Shown: positions 36,430 through 51,500, counted from the first letter of the whole stretch. The stretch is 63,893 nt of DNA, filler included, from Octopus bimaculoides (GCF_001194135.2; 4 parts of 4 records of this genome joined end to end with filler, not necessarily neighbours in it), one strand, 5' to 3'. A program made the numbers and translations. The notes: generated by a model from the letters alone, not told the origin.

Positions 36430-36570
36430 TTATTCTTGTGTTCATTAATGCCTCATCCAGTTTTCTTCATTCATGAATCATTCTTTCCAGCTGGCGATGC
36501 TTCATACTGTCTCTAAACTGTCGAGTTGCCATGTTGTTTGGTATATTTTAACAACTTGTAGCTTGTAACT
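36430..36570 (-). mobile_element. pogo (POGK-like) N-terminal DNA-binding relic
   Basis: KLQVVK / YTKQHGNSTV*RQY, with a frameshift, resembles the Brinker-type KLxVIKYAEEHGNRAAxRxF. Confidence 0.35.
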
Positions 36571-37203
36571 AATTATGTATGTCTGTTTTCACTGCTACCT
36601 GCATAATTGTCATTGTATAGTGTTGTAGAAGGTTACTGTTGGCTGAATAACTAAACTGACAGGTAACAGATGGTGTTTACTTTGCTGTTACTTCTGCCTG
36701 CCTAAAAAAGCCAAGACGTTGTCAATTCCTAATACACCACACAAACGATTCTTCACTCACCACTGATGCCACCAAATCACCGTAAATTTCTGCCTACCAT
36801 CAAAACGTTACAAAACTAATAAACATGGTGACTGTGGTAGTGAGAAGTCTTTAGTACTTTTAGTAAATTGTAACCATGGGTTAGGGCCCTCGTGAAAACT
36901 GGACCCAACTGTTGAGCTCCATTTTACAACTTGGCTTTTTAGTATCATTAAGATACAGAATGATTTAGGGAGACTTTTTTATGGAGAAAAAGAAAAAAAA
37001 ATGGTTATTTTTATGAACTGTAGAATGGGGAATACAGCAATTAATGTTTATTGGCTCAGTTCATTGGGTTAGCAGCAGACCTTAGATGCTATGTGAATGA
37101 TGGTTTAGAGAATAACTCCAAAGAAAAAATAGCCATAATAAAGGATGTATGTTTCATGAAATATGTTAATTTATGAGAAAGTCTGAACCTAAATGAACTG
37201 AAA

Positions 37204-37702
37204 GTGGAGAGGAAAGGGGAGAGGAAAGTGGAGAGGAAAGGGGAGAGGAAGGGGGAGAGGAAGGGGGAGAGGAAAGGGGAGAGGAAAGGGGAGAGGAAAG
37301 GGGAGAGGAAAGGGGATNNNNNNNNNNNNNNNNNNNNNNNNNNNNNNNNNNNNNNNNNNNNNNNNNNNNNNNNNNNNNNNNNNNNNNNNNNNNNNNNNNN
37401 NNNNNNNNNNNNNNNNNNNNNNNNNNNNNNNNNNNNNNNNNNNNNNNNNNNNNNNNNNNNNNNNNNNNNNNNNNNNNNNNNNNNNNNNNNNNNNNNNNNN
37501 NNNNNNNNNNNNNNNNNNNNNNNNNNNNNNNNNNNNNNNNNNNNNNNNNNAGGAAAGGGGAGAGGAAAGGGGAGAGGAAAGGGGAGAGGAAGGGGGAGAG
37601 GAAAGGGGAGAGGAAAGGGGAGAGGAAAGGGGAGAGGAAAGGGGATAGGAAAGGGGAGAGGAAAGGGGAGAGGAAGGGGATAGGAAAGGGGAGAGGAAGG
37701 GG
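37204..37702. repeat. 12-bp purine minisatellite (GGAAAGGGGAGA)n spanning a gap
   Basis: Direct sequence on both sides of the N run at 37318-37550. Confidence 0.92.
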
Positions 37703-39929
37703 ACATGAAATAGTTTTGTAACATAATATGAATAGATGAAGAATATTAGGTGATTATGTGGGGAGGGTCATCATATGAAGGTAGGAGTGTGACAGAGACA
37801 AAAGAAGAGAAGTTTGAACATGAAGTCAACAAGATGAAAGGTCAGTTAAGATGCCACAAGATCAAGTTGAATCAGGAGATGAAAGAGAAAGACAGGAGAT
37901 TGTAAAATACATAGTTTATAGTTGTTCATTTTTTTCTTCTATAGACTAAGTATCAAATCTTGGACTGGAGACAATGAAATTAAATACAAAGGACAAAACT
38001 ATGTCAGGAATCCAGCCTTTATCATCATCATCATCATCATCACCGCCACCGTCGCCGTCATTGTTGTCATCATCGTCATCGTCATCATCATCATCATCAC
38101 CATCATCATCTAGCGCCTGTTGTCCATGCTGGCACTGGTTGGATGGTTTGACTAGGGCTGATAAGCTGGAAGGCTGCACCAGACTCCAATCTGATTTGGC
38201 AGAGTTTTCTATGGCTGGACGCCCTTCCTAACACCAACCACTCTGAAAGTGTAATGGATGCTTTTACGTGCCAGTTGCATGAAACCGGTATCTGCCACGA
38301 CTATGATTTCACTTGGCTTGATGGTTCTTTTTCTCAAGCACAGCAAAAGATCAAAGGTCATTTGTCATTGCCTGCATGAGGCCCAGTGCTTGAAAGGTGC
38401 CTTTTTTATGTGCCACCGGCATGGGTGCCAGTTACATGACACCAACAATAGCCACAACTATGATTTCACTTGGTTTGACCGGTCTTCTTAAGCATGGCAT
38501 ATTGCCAAAAGCTTCAGTCACTAGTCATTGCCTCCATGAGGCTCAACATTCGAAGACCATACTTCACCACCTTGTCCCACATCTTCCACAGTTTCCTTCC
38601 ACTGGTAGAGATCGGCACTTCTTCACACAGCTGTCCCCATCCATACACATCACATGATCAGGAGGTATCTTTAAAATACTCTTTCTCAATATTAAAAACA
38701 CTAAATCCCATTCACAAATGCTATCCATACGTAAACCAACAGTTATCTTAATGCTAACATATTCAATGTAGTGAGCATTAGATATTTAATCAGAAATAGC
38801 TATGTGGTGAGGAAAAGACAATATTAGCTAAATGACTAATATCATTTAAGGAAACTGCAATAAATTAACAGTTTTAATTTTCAATGCTATTGGGTATATC
38901 TATTGATTTTTAGCCAACACTCAATGTAGAATAGTCCGGTTGAGTTCTCCTTTGCTGTCTCCAAAGACAGAGTGTAGACAGACAATACGCTTACATCTGT
39001 TTAAACATGCACTTTATATATATACTTTATTCTACACATATATTCTGCAGTAATAATCTAGAAATATATTCTATAGATGTCAATACAAGATATTATATAT
39101 TAATTTAATCATTGCAGTAAACATGGGAGACAACTCTAGGCAAGTTTCAGACTTGTTAACTTTTGATATAATGTCTTTTCCTCGCCACAAAATTATTTCT
39201 AATCATATTGTTAATGTCCCTTACAGTAAATATGTTAACACTAATTTGATTATTGTTTTTCTGAATAATTAACTTCAGTGATTTAATTACGGAAAATATG
39301 ACAACTTTCTTCACCTATAACCACACAATATTGTATAGGGTTGTAATATCAAGAATTGGACAGGTTTAAAATACAACGAATAAGAAAAGCAGCAGAACTA
39401 CTGAAATGGCAATTCATGTTATTGAACCCACAAAAGGTGGATGAAGAAGAAGAAGAAGAAGAAGAAGAAGATGATGATGACGATGATGATGATGATGATG
39501 ATGATGAAAACTGCTGAGATAATAAGTTTGTTGAATCAATGTGAAGTCTTTTCTAAAACTTATTACATCTATGGTGAACCTATTTTATTTTTTTCCTCAG
39601 AACAGAACGTATATATTCTACTTTCCCACTGTTCCACTATTCTACTACTCCACTATTCTACTCTTCCACTATTCAACTATTCTTACTCTTGGTACTTTAG
39701 TTACTGATGCAGAAAATCACCAGATTCCACCCAATTCTATGTTTCACTATTGATTTTACATTGTTTACAGCCTAGAGTTTAGTCTATTCTTGTAACATGT
39801 GTCCATTGCTTCACACAACAAACTGTTTCAATTCTACCAAATCAAATGGACAATTCTGGATTTTTCTTATTTTATTTGATCAGCAAAAAGACAAAATATC
39901 ACAAAAATTGAATAAAATTTGATCAGTCA

Positions 39930-40290
39930 GCAACCTCACCACACTCCATGTACTCAGTGTGATTTATGTACTCAATTCACCATGGTCTATGTACTCTCCA
40001 CAGTCTACAAATCTATCACAGTGTATTAAATTATCAATTGTTACAAATGTTCTGATCTTTATCTTTATAACGACACTGTGCCTCACTTCATCAGCGCTGG
40101 CTTTCTTTTCCTTGAAAGCATCATCTGCAGAGCAAGACTTTTTACAAAATACCTTAACCAAGTGTATGCCTTGGTTACAAACCATCCAGGTGCATAGATT
40201 CATCAGTCGCAGGTGATAAATGCCATTGATTTTTCTGTATTTGTTGTTCCTTGACGGAAGGACAATATTCACGGCTTGTCTGTATATGCG
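39930..40290 (-). mobile_element. Possible mariner relic
   Basis: TIDNLIHCDRFVDCGEYID loosely resembles the mariner C-terminus. Confidence 0.3.
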
Positions 40291-41153
40291 CACAAAAGTG
40301 TGAAATGCAGCATGAATGTGGTTATAGCTTTGTATTTTATAGTGGGAAAGTTATAGATTTTAAAACAATAAAAGGTAGAAAGTGTTTCCTATGTGACATA
40401 CTTCTACTCTTTAAAATTTAGGTTGAAAGATAAAAATAAAGGTGGAAAGAGAGACTGGATAAATGTGTTGTGGTGGAGAAATCTGTTGAGAAGCAAATGG
40501 AAACACAGCATGCAAGTTGAACTGTTGTTCAAAGATAGAAGCAATATTCCAAAGTGGATTATGTTTGCATCCTGTAGAAGAACAAAGAATTCTATATTAT
40601 AAATCAAACCCCCAAATTTTTTAACGCAAAGTGCTTTCAGAAGACATAACAAAAGACCATCACAGTAATTGTAATATATAGAACGGAAGGCTATTGCCAT
40701 TAATTAAACATGTGACACATTAAATACAATATTGGATGAAGAACTCACAGAAACTAACTTCAAATTTAGTGGGGAGTCTTCAATGTGATTTGGACAATTT
40801 TTCTCTCAATACATCATAGCTTCTGGGAACATTAAGTTACTGTAGTGGTAGACTCTAACAGATTTCTCTTTCCTCAATATTGTCAAACTTGTGTCTGCTG
40901 CAGCAAGTTCCGAAAACATTTGTCTATTTACACCTTGTAACACTCAAAATATTTCTTCACAAGAAGAAGATTCTTTTTAATTCAAACCATTTTAATTTAA
41001 TCCATTGTTTCTAATTTTGCTTTTGCAAATTAATTGAAGAAAGAGACTCTGTGCTGCTTGTCACTCCTTCGTCTCTCATGTTAGTGGGAGGGAAGCTGTT
41101 ATCTGCGTTAAATGTTTGTAGTAGAAAGATCTTCACTAAAGGTACATTACAAT

Positions 41154-41190
<37 letters not shown>

Positions 41191-42567
41191 AGCAGTAGTG
41201 AGCAGAGGACACTGACATTTCTAATTCCCTGCAGTGCAACAAGTTGTCAAAAAGAGACAGACTCTGGTGGTAATATAGTTATAATAGTATCAGAGTAGAA
41301 AGGAAAATGACTAGATTTTCTGTTATGTGAACATGGGTTAAAAATGATAGAAGATCCATTAATCTTTTATGAGAAAATAAATTAGTTAAATTTTATGTTG
41401 CATAAATGACAGCAAAACTACTGTCAGTTCTTTTAATGACACAACAATAGAAAACTGGAATGTTTGATAAGCAAAATAGTAGATGTCATAGAATTTAAGT
41501 AACCTTTTGTTCTTCAATAATTTGTATAAATTTATAGAGTCAGTTTTACCCTTTAATAACAAAAAAAATGTAATATGTAAAAGGTAAAATGCTAATATTT
41601 ATGTAATTTTTTTATGAAACAAGCACACAAAAATACTAGATTAAACCCCCACACACACACACATAATAATTAATAATGATCTCTGTTATCTTAACCACCT
41701 TCATTGAATAAAAATTGTCTAACCAGGTTAGAAACTGCACCACTTTTGGAGGTCCAGCTAAAAGGAATTTGCTATAGCAACCAGCTTTGTCATGAGTCAT
41801 GACTCCATGACTTGTGAGTTCAAAGGTTAAGTCTAAATAGCTAATAATTAATAAGTTAAAAGCAATGTTAATTGTATAAGTTCAGAGGTGAAAGGAAAAC
41901 CAAGAATCAAGATAAACTTGTCTAAGACTATGGTGTTAGTAAGCAGAAAACAGGACCTGGTACCATCAAGAAAGTGCACTCAATATGCAGGAAAGTAGTA
42001 AAGTATAAACTGTATATGCTATACCTAGCATAAACTATGGATGTCCAATAAGTGTAGAGAAAGCAGACTGTATGTGTGACTGATGCATTGGAGCAGTATT
42101 ATAGCCACACCACAAATGGTTGCCTTTAAATGCCAGACAAGCCCAGTAAAAGTAGCTGCTCCTGGCAGTAATGTGTCAGAACCCTTGACCATCTCTCTGC
42201 CACACACCTCACAGCCCTTACCATTTCATCCCTTCTTTTCTCACTAACCACTGACGTTAATCCCACCCCCAACCCTTCCCTTTTTCCTTGTTCCTCCACA
42301 ATGAGATTACTCTTCAGTTATAGAGGCCTCTTTCAGGACCTTTAGTTTTGCAAGTTGCAAAGTGACCTGACAAGTGCTGATGCCATGAAAAAAAAAAAAA
42401 AGGCACCCAGCACACTGTGTAAAGTGGCTGGTTGCAGCCATGGCAACCATGCCAAAACATTGGAGCACAACACAATCCCCTGATTCATCAGTCTGTCAAA
42501 CAGTCTGACCCATGCCAGTATGGAGAGCAAATGTTACACAAAGAAGAAGAAAATGATGATGATGATA

Positions 42568-42608
<41 letters not shown>

Positions 42609-42789
42609 AATGATGATGATGATGATATATATATATATATATATACATAAGTAATATTTGCTGTTTTGTCACTGTTATGACAATTATCTCAGCCACCCTC
42701 AAATAAATTTGGTAATTTTGTTGTGTCTACAGATTTCTACATTATGACAAGGTCAAACGGTCACATAGATTACTGAATTCTATAAGAAT

Positions 42790-43000
42790 TGAGTGAAAGA
42801 GTGCGGGAGATGAATAAGAATCTACCAAATTGCTGGAATTGCTGAGCTGAGGAGGACAGAGACAGAGAGAAGCAGATCTTAAAAACTGGTTAATGGCAGC
42901 AGTGCAAGAGGAACAGAAAGGACTGAGATTGTAAAAAAAAAAAAAAAAAACGGATTTGATACAAGTCCTACCAAGTGGAACTACTCCGGTTCATTTAAAT
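42790..43000 (+). mobile_element. LINE AP-endonuclease relic
   Basis: YQIAGIAELRR and LIQV-like motifs in broken frames. Confidence 0.4.
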
Positions 43001-43791
43001 AATGGTTTATCCAAGCTGAGGAATAATTAAATGTTTAATAAGTATTAATGATCAGTTTATTGTTCTGTAAGTTTTATATAAAAACATCATAATCAGTGTC
43101 AATATATGAAGTAGAACCAGTTCATCTTCGTTAAACTAAAAATCATTAAACTATTGTTGCAGTTATGTCAACTTAATATATTACTTGTTTTAATTAACCT
43201 ATAACAATTATTTCAGAGGGTTCACTGTACAAATGAAGTGACTGCCAGTGAGGGCATTTAATTAAACAAGGATGGCCAAGTTATTAACATAGCATGGACA
43301 TGTGAGTGAGTGAGTTAATGAGGTATTTAGAAGAGTTGAAAATATAAAGCAATGATGTATAAATGTTGTATGAAAATGAATTTAAATTAATTGAAATTTA
43401 ATTTGTAATTGGAGAAAGAAAGCAAAAAAAAATGGTAGCATTTGTTAACAACTAAGAAAGAAATGGGAGAGATAATTAAGAATTAGTATCTCAAGGTTAA
43501 TTTACATGTTTAGGGACAGGAAAGCCTGATTTTGGTTTGTATGCAAGGGAGACAACTATGTACATGTTTTGGTTTATTAGATCTCATCAGTATAGACTAC
43601 TCCAGCCTACCTGATCAGTTGACAAAAATTTTCATGGAAAGAAAAGGAGTTACAAATAATTTTTAACCCCGAGTCAGCCTTGACCAAGCAGACTTATGAT
43701 CAAAGGCAATCCAGCTATGATCATTTCACTGACTATGTGAATCAGGAACATGATTATCAATGCATCCTTCACTTCATAAGATACTTTTTTT

Positions 43792-44075
43792 TTCTTTTAC
43801 TTGTTTCAGTCATTTGACTGCGGCCATGCTGGAGCACCACCTTTAGTTGAACAAATCGATCCCAGGACTTATTCTTTGGAAGCCTAGCACTTATTCTATC
43901 AGTCTCTTTTGCCAAACAGCTAAGTTACGGGGACATAAGCACACCAGCATCGGTTGTTAAGCAATGGTGGGGGACAAACACAGACACACACAAACATATA
44001 TATATATATAACAGGCTTCTTTCAGTTTCCATCTACCAAATCCATTCACAAGGCTTTGGTCGGCCTAAGGCTGTA
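43792..44075 (-). mobile_element. SINE family D, 3' two-thirds
   Basis: Consensus match. Confidence 0.82.
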
Positions 44076-45334
44076 GCCTTATTTAGTACATTGAACTCAT
44101 AAGTCTGAAAGTCACCAGTACAAAGGTCACACTCTTAGTCCGCTATTTTGTTAAAGGAACCAGAACCCAGTGACATGATCTGTGAGGGCAGAGTTATTTG
44201 TACAACAACCAGTAAAACTGTCACTTGTATACAAGACATCAAATAGGCAATAACCATTACAACCTGTTGCATATTGTTTAATTGTTAGTAACTAAGCCAG
44301 GAACTTCACTGACCCTACTTGGTGAGGAGGGGGATTTGGGGGGATTACCTTGCAGGATGAAGGAAAGAAATCTTCCAAAAGCTGGATAAACTCAAGACAG
44401 TCAACAACCATTCAGTATTGTAGATTTATGCAAGTTCAAGATGGCACAAGAAGCTAGATTTTTTTGGCAGGTTGCTGTATTCATTTTCTTAGTTCTTTTA
44501 CTAGAACAGAGAAAGAGGTTATCCCTGCTCCTATGGCATCCGTCTGGAAGTGTTTTCTCCCAGATATCTGACATTTCCAGATACTATATCTCAGGGGTCA
44601 GGGCTGGATGATCCGAACACAGCAATGCAGGGTGGTGGAAGGATGATGACGAGAGCATCTTTCCTATCTCTTAAACTGTGTTTTCTTGAATTTTACATAT
44701 TCTGTAAGGAGTGTACTCCACAGTAATCTCTTGCTGATACAAGCAGCCAAAATCAGTCATGTTTGGGTTGAAAATGGATTAATTGGAAGCATCTTCTCCA
44801 TAACTTCTGTGTCACTTCCTCTGTGAAACTGTTTTCATAATTCGGATAAGATCCAGAATCTGAGGAACCCAGTGATGCTCTGTGACAGCAACGATTAGGC
44901 AACAGAATGGCAGTTTGATAAATTTGGCACTTTATTCTTGTTCTAGGGAGTGGAATTCTATGATCCACTGACGAATCTCTACAATCCAAATGATAACTTC
45001 ATTTTCTTTCTCTTCTCCTCACACTTGGACTCAACTTACAGAGCTGTCCTAAAGAATTCTCAGACTCAGTCCAGACATCTGTTTCCAGTTCCTCCTCAGG
45101 GAATCTCTACCTAAGCTTCCTTTCCATCATCAATAAGACTCATCTACACTTTAGTTCATTGTTTACTCCGAGGAAGACAGAGACAAAATTTGTATCCCTT
45201 ACAAACTCCACCCAGCCTGCAAGCGAGAGAGATAGGACCTATAGTGTGTGAGAGAGAACGAGAGAGGTGGATAAGGAGAGATTATTGGTGAGCTAAAGGT
45301 GGTTATAGTTGTGAACATTTACTTATCAGCTGGA

Positions 45335-45365
<31 letters not shown>

Positions 45366-45506
45366 TATTTCAATTATGTCATTGGTACTCTAGTAGAGAG
45401 TATACATGTCCTTGTAGCTGGGTCAACCAGTAATTATTCAGAACTGAAGTATTTTTTGGTGGTGAAGGAATAAGATCGGTTAGGTTCAAGATTATGAATA
45501 TTTTAA

Positions 45507-45553
<47 letters not shown>

Positions 45554-45620
45554 TATACACACACACATACGTATATATGTATGTAGGTATACATGCATGT
45601 ATATTTATGTATGCGTGTGT

Positions 45621-45668
<48 letters not shown>

Positions 45669-45830
45669 TTATATATGTAAGCATGTATGTATTTACTATT
45701 GTCATTGAATTGATAAGTATTAATTGCAATTAACTGCCAATTGAGCCATTAACTTGCGTAATAAGACAATGTATTTTATGCTAATTCACATGTGCTTAAT
45801 TCTCTACAGAACATATACACCAATTGTGAA

Positions 45831-46000
45831 CATAGGCGCAGGAGTGGCTGTGTGGTAAGTAGCTTGCTTATCAACCATATGCTTCCAGGTTCAGTTCCAC
45901 TGCATGGCACCTTGGGCAAGTGTCTTCTACTATAGCCTCGCGCCGACCAAAGCCTTGTGAGTGGATTTGGTAGATGAAAACTGAAAGAATTCCGACATGC

Positions 46001-46074
<74 letters not shown>

Positions 46075-46283
46075 ATGTGTTTGTGTGTCTGTGTTTGTCC
46101 CCCCATCATCGCTTGACAACCGATGCTGGTGTGTTTACGTCCCTGTAACTTAGCGGTTCGGCAAAGAGACCGATAGATAGAATAAGTACTAGGCTTCCAA
46201 GGAATAAGTCGTGGGGTCGATTTGCTTGACTAAAGGCCATGCTCCAGCAGGGCCGCAGTCAAATTACTGAAACAAATAAAAGA
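45831..46283 (+). mobile_element. SINE family D, full length
   Basis: Head GGCGCAGGAGTGGCTGTGTGGTAAG through tail GACTGAAACAAATAAAAG. Confidence 0.85.
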
Positions 46284-46329
46284 AATGAACTTTACATTTC
46301 TGACAATGGAACACACATTTCTGTAAGAA

Positions 46330-46865
46330 CCACATCTATTAGAGACTTGGAGAAAAGTAAATAAAGATATTTTATAAGACTAACCAGAGCTATCTGGTTG
46401 TCTTGCAACAAGTTTCCAAACTGATCAGGAAATGTAAATGTATGTGAATGTTCAGTTTATCCCTGCTGAACAAAGACTTGCGATTCGTGAGTTTAGAGCA
46501 GGAGCTAAATGAAGTCAAGGACACAAGACAATCTAGAGAAGGAAGACATTAAGCTGAAAGAGCTAAGGACCAGCTGCAGGTACAGAGAAATTCTAGTAGA
46601 TGCTTAGGACAGAAACAGGAAGAGAAAGAGGCTTATAACATAACAGCGGGCAACAATTTTCTACAGGACAGTCTTCTGAGAGCTACAGACCATATTTATG
46701 ACTGAGGTAAGGTTCCAGCAAGACAGAATTATGGCTGTAGATAGAACCACAAAAAACTAAGTCAGAGGCTCAGAAAGAACAGAAGAAAAAAAGGTGGCAG
46801 AGGAGAACAATATCAAACAAATAAGATCAGATGTACTTAGCAAAAGTAGAAGCAGAAAGTTAGAG

Positions 46866-46900
<35 letters not shown>

Positions 46901-47490
46901 CGACAATGTGAAGATCAGAGGTATGAAATGTTTCAGATAGCAAATCTGGTGTATCAGATAAAACAAACAAGCTGGTGTGGTGGAGGGCAGGAGCGGGGTT
47001 ACAGAATAACAGTGCAATTGCCCTTTGTGACACTGAAAAGAAAGAGGCAGCATGGATGTACTATTTTGGGAAGTTACTGAAAGAAAAGAATTCATGAGAG
47101 AAATTAAGTGAAGTAGACTCAAAAGAGGGACCAGCTATTTATGATGAAAGCAGTATGGTTACCATTAAGAATATGAAGACAAAGAAGGGAGCTGGACTAC
47201 CTTAGTCACTGAAATGATTAGAATATCTGTCACATTTGGATATGTGTTAGTCATTCACACGAGGAATCATGCAGTACACAGAAGAATCAAACCCAATGAA
47301 CGGTGTGACAGTATTATTAGTTAAAGAGCAAAGAAGATCTACAAGAAAAGGTAAGTTCAGAGGTATTAATTAAGGACCAGGTTATGGAAATCACAGGATG
47401 AGCACAATTGATTAGGAACAGAATTAGACTTAAGTCTGTGCCAGGAAAAGGGACCACCAATGCTTATTGAGAGACAATTTCAAAAGGATG
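46330..47490 (+). mobile_element. RTE-clade LINE relic (linker and RT N-terminal part)
   Basis: AWMYYFGKLLKE, EGPAI, IKNMKTKKGAG and PGKGTTNA motifs in broken frames. Confidence 0.6.
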
Positions 47491-49107
47491 TTGTGTGCAG
47501 TAGGTCTTTACCTAAGACAGCCAACAATGAAAGGACATACATGTTTAGCCCCAGGTCAGCCATCATCAAGCAAATCAAAGATGTTCCAGTCATGGTAATC
47601 ATGCCTTTTTAGAGGTATTTACGATTACATTAATCAATATGCACTTTATTTAGGACAGCTGGGTGCGACTTAAGGGAGATTAGGCTGTTATTTTTAGCAG
47701 ATCAAGAGACCACATAGGGGACAAGTCAATGAGGGAAATATTATAAGGTCTCTTGATCTGCAAGAAATAGCAGTCAAATCTACATTAACTCACACCTTAC
47801 CAGCTTAGAAAAGGAAACATTGTATATTGCCATATAAACTGTTCAATGCTGACTCAGTTAAACTGTAATAGCTATTTACTTTGGTGCTTTACTTTTAGGT
47901 ATCAGCAGGGATTACAGTTAGTAATTACTAATTATATTCCTTCAAAACTGCAACAAAAATCAATAAAGAAATCCTATCACATTTGTCTGTTTTTGAAGAA
48001 AGAATTAAGCTTGTTTTCATCCAATTAGTTGGGTGTCAGTCAACTTGTGAAAACATTACTGCACCCTGTCCCCTGCTACCCCCCTACATGCTCTCCATGT
48101 CAATAAGGGGATTCCTGTTTGTAAACAAAGACCAAAACACGTTTCCCTCAGGTAATCACTTGGTCAGACTCAAGTGCAAAGCAATCCAGTCTAACAACTG
48201 GTTATAATCCGAACAAGAGATAAACGGGTGACAAGGTTGTTCTGAACTAGTGGATGGATGAGTGTGTGTGTGAATGCATGTGTGCATGCATGTATGTGTG
48301 TCCATGCATGAATGTGTGTGTGTGTACGTGAATGCATGAGTGTACATATGTGTGCATGTATGCCTATATATATATGTGTGTGTACATGTATGTGTATCCC
48401 TGTATCACTTGAGTTCTCTTCTAATAACCTTTCTTCCATCACCCTCTCATTCTGGCTCTCCTCCTCTATTCCAGTAAGATAAAGACAGAAAAGAACAAAC
48501 AAACAGCTGTCAGAGTAACATAAAACAGAGTGGATTCTTTTGTCTTGCTGGGAACCAGACAACCTCTCTAGTGGCGGGGGTCATAATACAACCCACCCAG
48601 AATGGTGCTAGGGCAATAAAAACTGTATTGGACAGGCATGAAGTGGAGTCTTAGTAGACACATGACATGTGATCTTCTTCTAGCACATTAGGAGTCCACC
48701 TAGTGGCCTCCTTTAGATATACTCGTATATATTTTTATATAAATATATATATATATATATTATATATTGCTTGAAGCTGACTAACTTCCTACATCTTGAT
48801 CCTTGGATCTTACCTTTACATATTACTATATATATATATATATCTGGCAGAGTACAAATTTATTATTTACAAGAATAATCGGACAGTTCAATGATGTTAA
48901 GGTTATCTCTACAGATATTCTAGTCCAATGACGGTTTAGCTAGCTAAAACTTCGAAGTCACAGTCAATACTATTCTTGCTAAAGAATAATGTACGTATAA
49001 ATATATATACGTACACATACAGATATAAACTACAAATTATCTTACGAATATTAAATTCATAGAAAGAGTGTGTCAGTGAGAGAGAGAGAGAGAGAGGTAA
49101 AGAGAGA

Positions 49108-49149
<42 letters not shown>

Positions 49150-49606
49150 NNNNNNNNNNNNNNNNNNNNNNNNNNNNNNNNNNNNNNNNNNNNNNNNNNN
49201 NNNNNNNNNNNNNNNNNNNNNNNNNNNNNNNNNNNNNNNNNNNNNNNNNNNNNNNNNNNNNNNNNNNNNNNNNNNNNNNNNNNNNNNNNNNNNNNNNNNN
49301 NNNNNNNNNNNNNNNNNNNNNNNNNNNNNNNNNNNNNNNNNNNNNNNNNNNNNNNNNNNNNNNNNNNNNNNNNNNNNNNNNNNNNNNNNNNNNNNNNNNN
49401 NNNNNNNNNNNNNNNNNNNNNNNNNNNNNNNNNNNNNNNNNNNNNNNNNNNNNNNNNNNNNNNNNNNNNNNNNNNNNNNNNNNNNNNNNNNNNNNNNNNN
49501 NNNNNNNNNNNNNNNNNNNNNNNNNNNNNNNNNNNNNNNNNNNNNNNNNNNNNNNNNNNNNNNNNNNNNNNNNNNNNNNNNNNNNNNNNNNNNNNNNNNN
49601 NNNNNN

Positions 49607-49669
<63 letters not shown>

Positions 49670-49743
49670 TATATATTATATATACAATATAGAGAAATAC
49701 AATATATGCATGTGTGTGTGTTTCAGTTGTAGTGTTTTGTATG

Positions 49744-49782
<39 letters not shown>

Positions 49783-51019
49783 GCACACATACAAAGATAT
49801 ATAGATACATAGATAGGTGATATTGAATATGTTGCTAGTTAATAGAAAGCAATATATGGTAAGTGTAAAAACCAATAGTCTTCCATTAACTTTTCAAAAT
49901 GTAAACATACAAGTAATAAGAAAAATAACCACACATTATTATGGAGATGCGGTTATACACACACACACACACAAGATTGATTTAAATTGCAATTTCTATG
50001 AAGTTCCATTTGTAGGAAGAAGAGTAAAAGGTATATGCAGAGTTGGGCTCGTTAATTAATAAAGTTGACATTTCATTAATGATTTAATGACACATAAAAT
50101 CACCCACTACACTCTTGGAGTGGTTGGTGTTAGGAAGGGCATCCAGCTGTAGAAACCTTGCCAAATCAGATTGGAACCTGGTGCAGCTCCCTGGCTTACT
50201 AGCTTTCAGTCAAACTGTCCAACCCATGCCAGCATGGAAAACGGACGTTAAATGATGATGATGCTTATACACATGTGCTCATCTTTTGAATATTTACAGT
50301 TTTTGTTTTTCTCTATATATATATCCCTATATATATTTACATATGTATATGTATGTATATCAAGCCCAAGTGTGTTTATTTGCATCACTATCTCCAGCTC
50401 ACCTGCATTTCTCAGGTAGCCACTCGTTACCCTGCGTACTTAATCCTTGATAAAGATTTTCAAACATAAGTTCAAATCATTTCAGTACCTATTACCTGTT
50501 TTCTATATGGAGCATCTCTGGATCTCACCACCTCTCTCTCTTTCTCTCCCTCTCTCTCTAATATATGTATATTTCTGTGTCGTCGTCATCATCATCATCA
50601 TCATCATTTAACGTCCACCTTCCACGCTGGCATGGGTCGGATGGTTTGACAGGAGCTGGCCAGGCAGAAGACTGCACCAAGCTCTTGTATCTTGCTTTGG
50701 CATGGTTTCTACAGCTGGACGCCCTTCCTAACATGCCAACCAGTTTACAGAGTGTTCCAATGTATCCCTGCAGGGAACATTTGACATATTTTCCGTTATG
50801 TAAATCAGAGGCACGAGGTGTTCTACCTTGCAAGGCAATGTACCTGAGAAAATTGTGACATCGGGGGTGAGAAGTGTGTGTGGATGGCAAATACTGCATC
50901 TGCACTAAGTGAGTCTAAACTGAAGGAGGCACGGAAGGGCTGCAGTGAGAGTTTTAATGACTGAAGAGAATGAGGGGGGAGAAAGAGGGGGGCTTTGCCA
51001 TTGTGAACTCAACGGAGAA

Positions 51020-51500
51020 ACAAACTCTTTTAACAGACAACTCAATACAAGTTATCAATAGCTTCTGTTACCTAGAAGACATGATTAGCAGTGGTGGTGG
51101 TCCAGAATGGGTTGGAAAAAGTTCACTGAGCTACTACCACTGCAAGCAAGAAAGGTGTTGCTCCTCAGAGTGAAAGACAGATTGCATGAGACTTGTGTTA
51201 AAATTGCAATACTGCATGAAAGCAAGACATGAACCTTGAATGCAGAAGACTTGTGAGAACTTGACAGGAATGAAGACAGCATGCTCCAGTTGATGCGTAA
51301 TGTTAGTGGGCAAGAATACCACAGAACAAATAAGGTAAGAGAAAAACTGAGTACAAGGGGAATCAGGTGTGCAAAAGGGGGGGGGGACTGTGCTGGGTCT
51401 GTGATATGTGTAGAGGATGAGTGCTGTGTAAGGAAGTACGAAGTACTTCAAGTCAGTGGAATCTACAGAAGAAGGAGACTAAGAAAGATTTAGTCTCCTT
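51020..51500 (+). mobile_element. RTE-clade LINE RT C-terminal relic
   Basis: IQVINSFCYLEDMISSGGG, LRVKDRL, REKLSTRGIRC and RRRLRK motifs. Confidence 0.7.
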
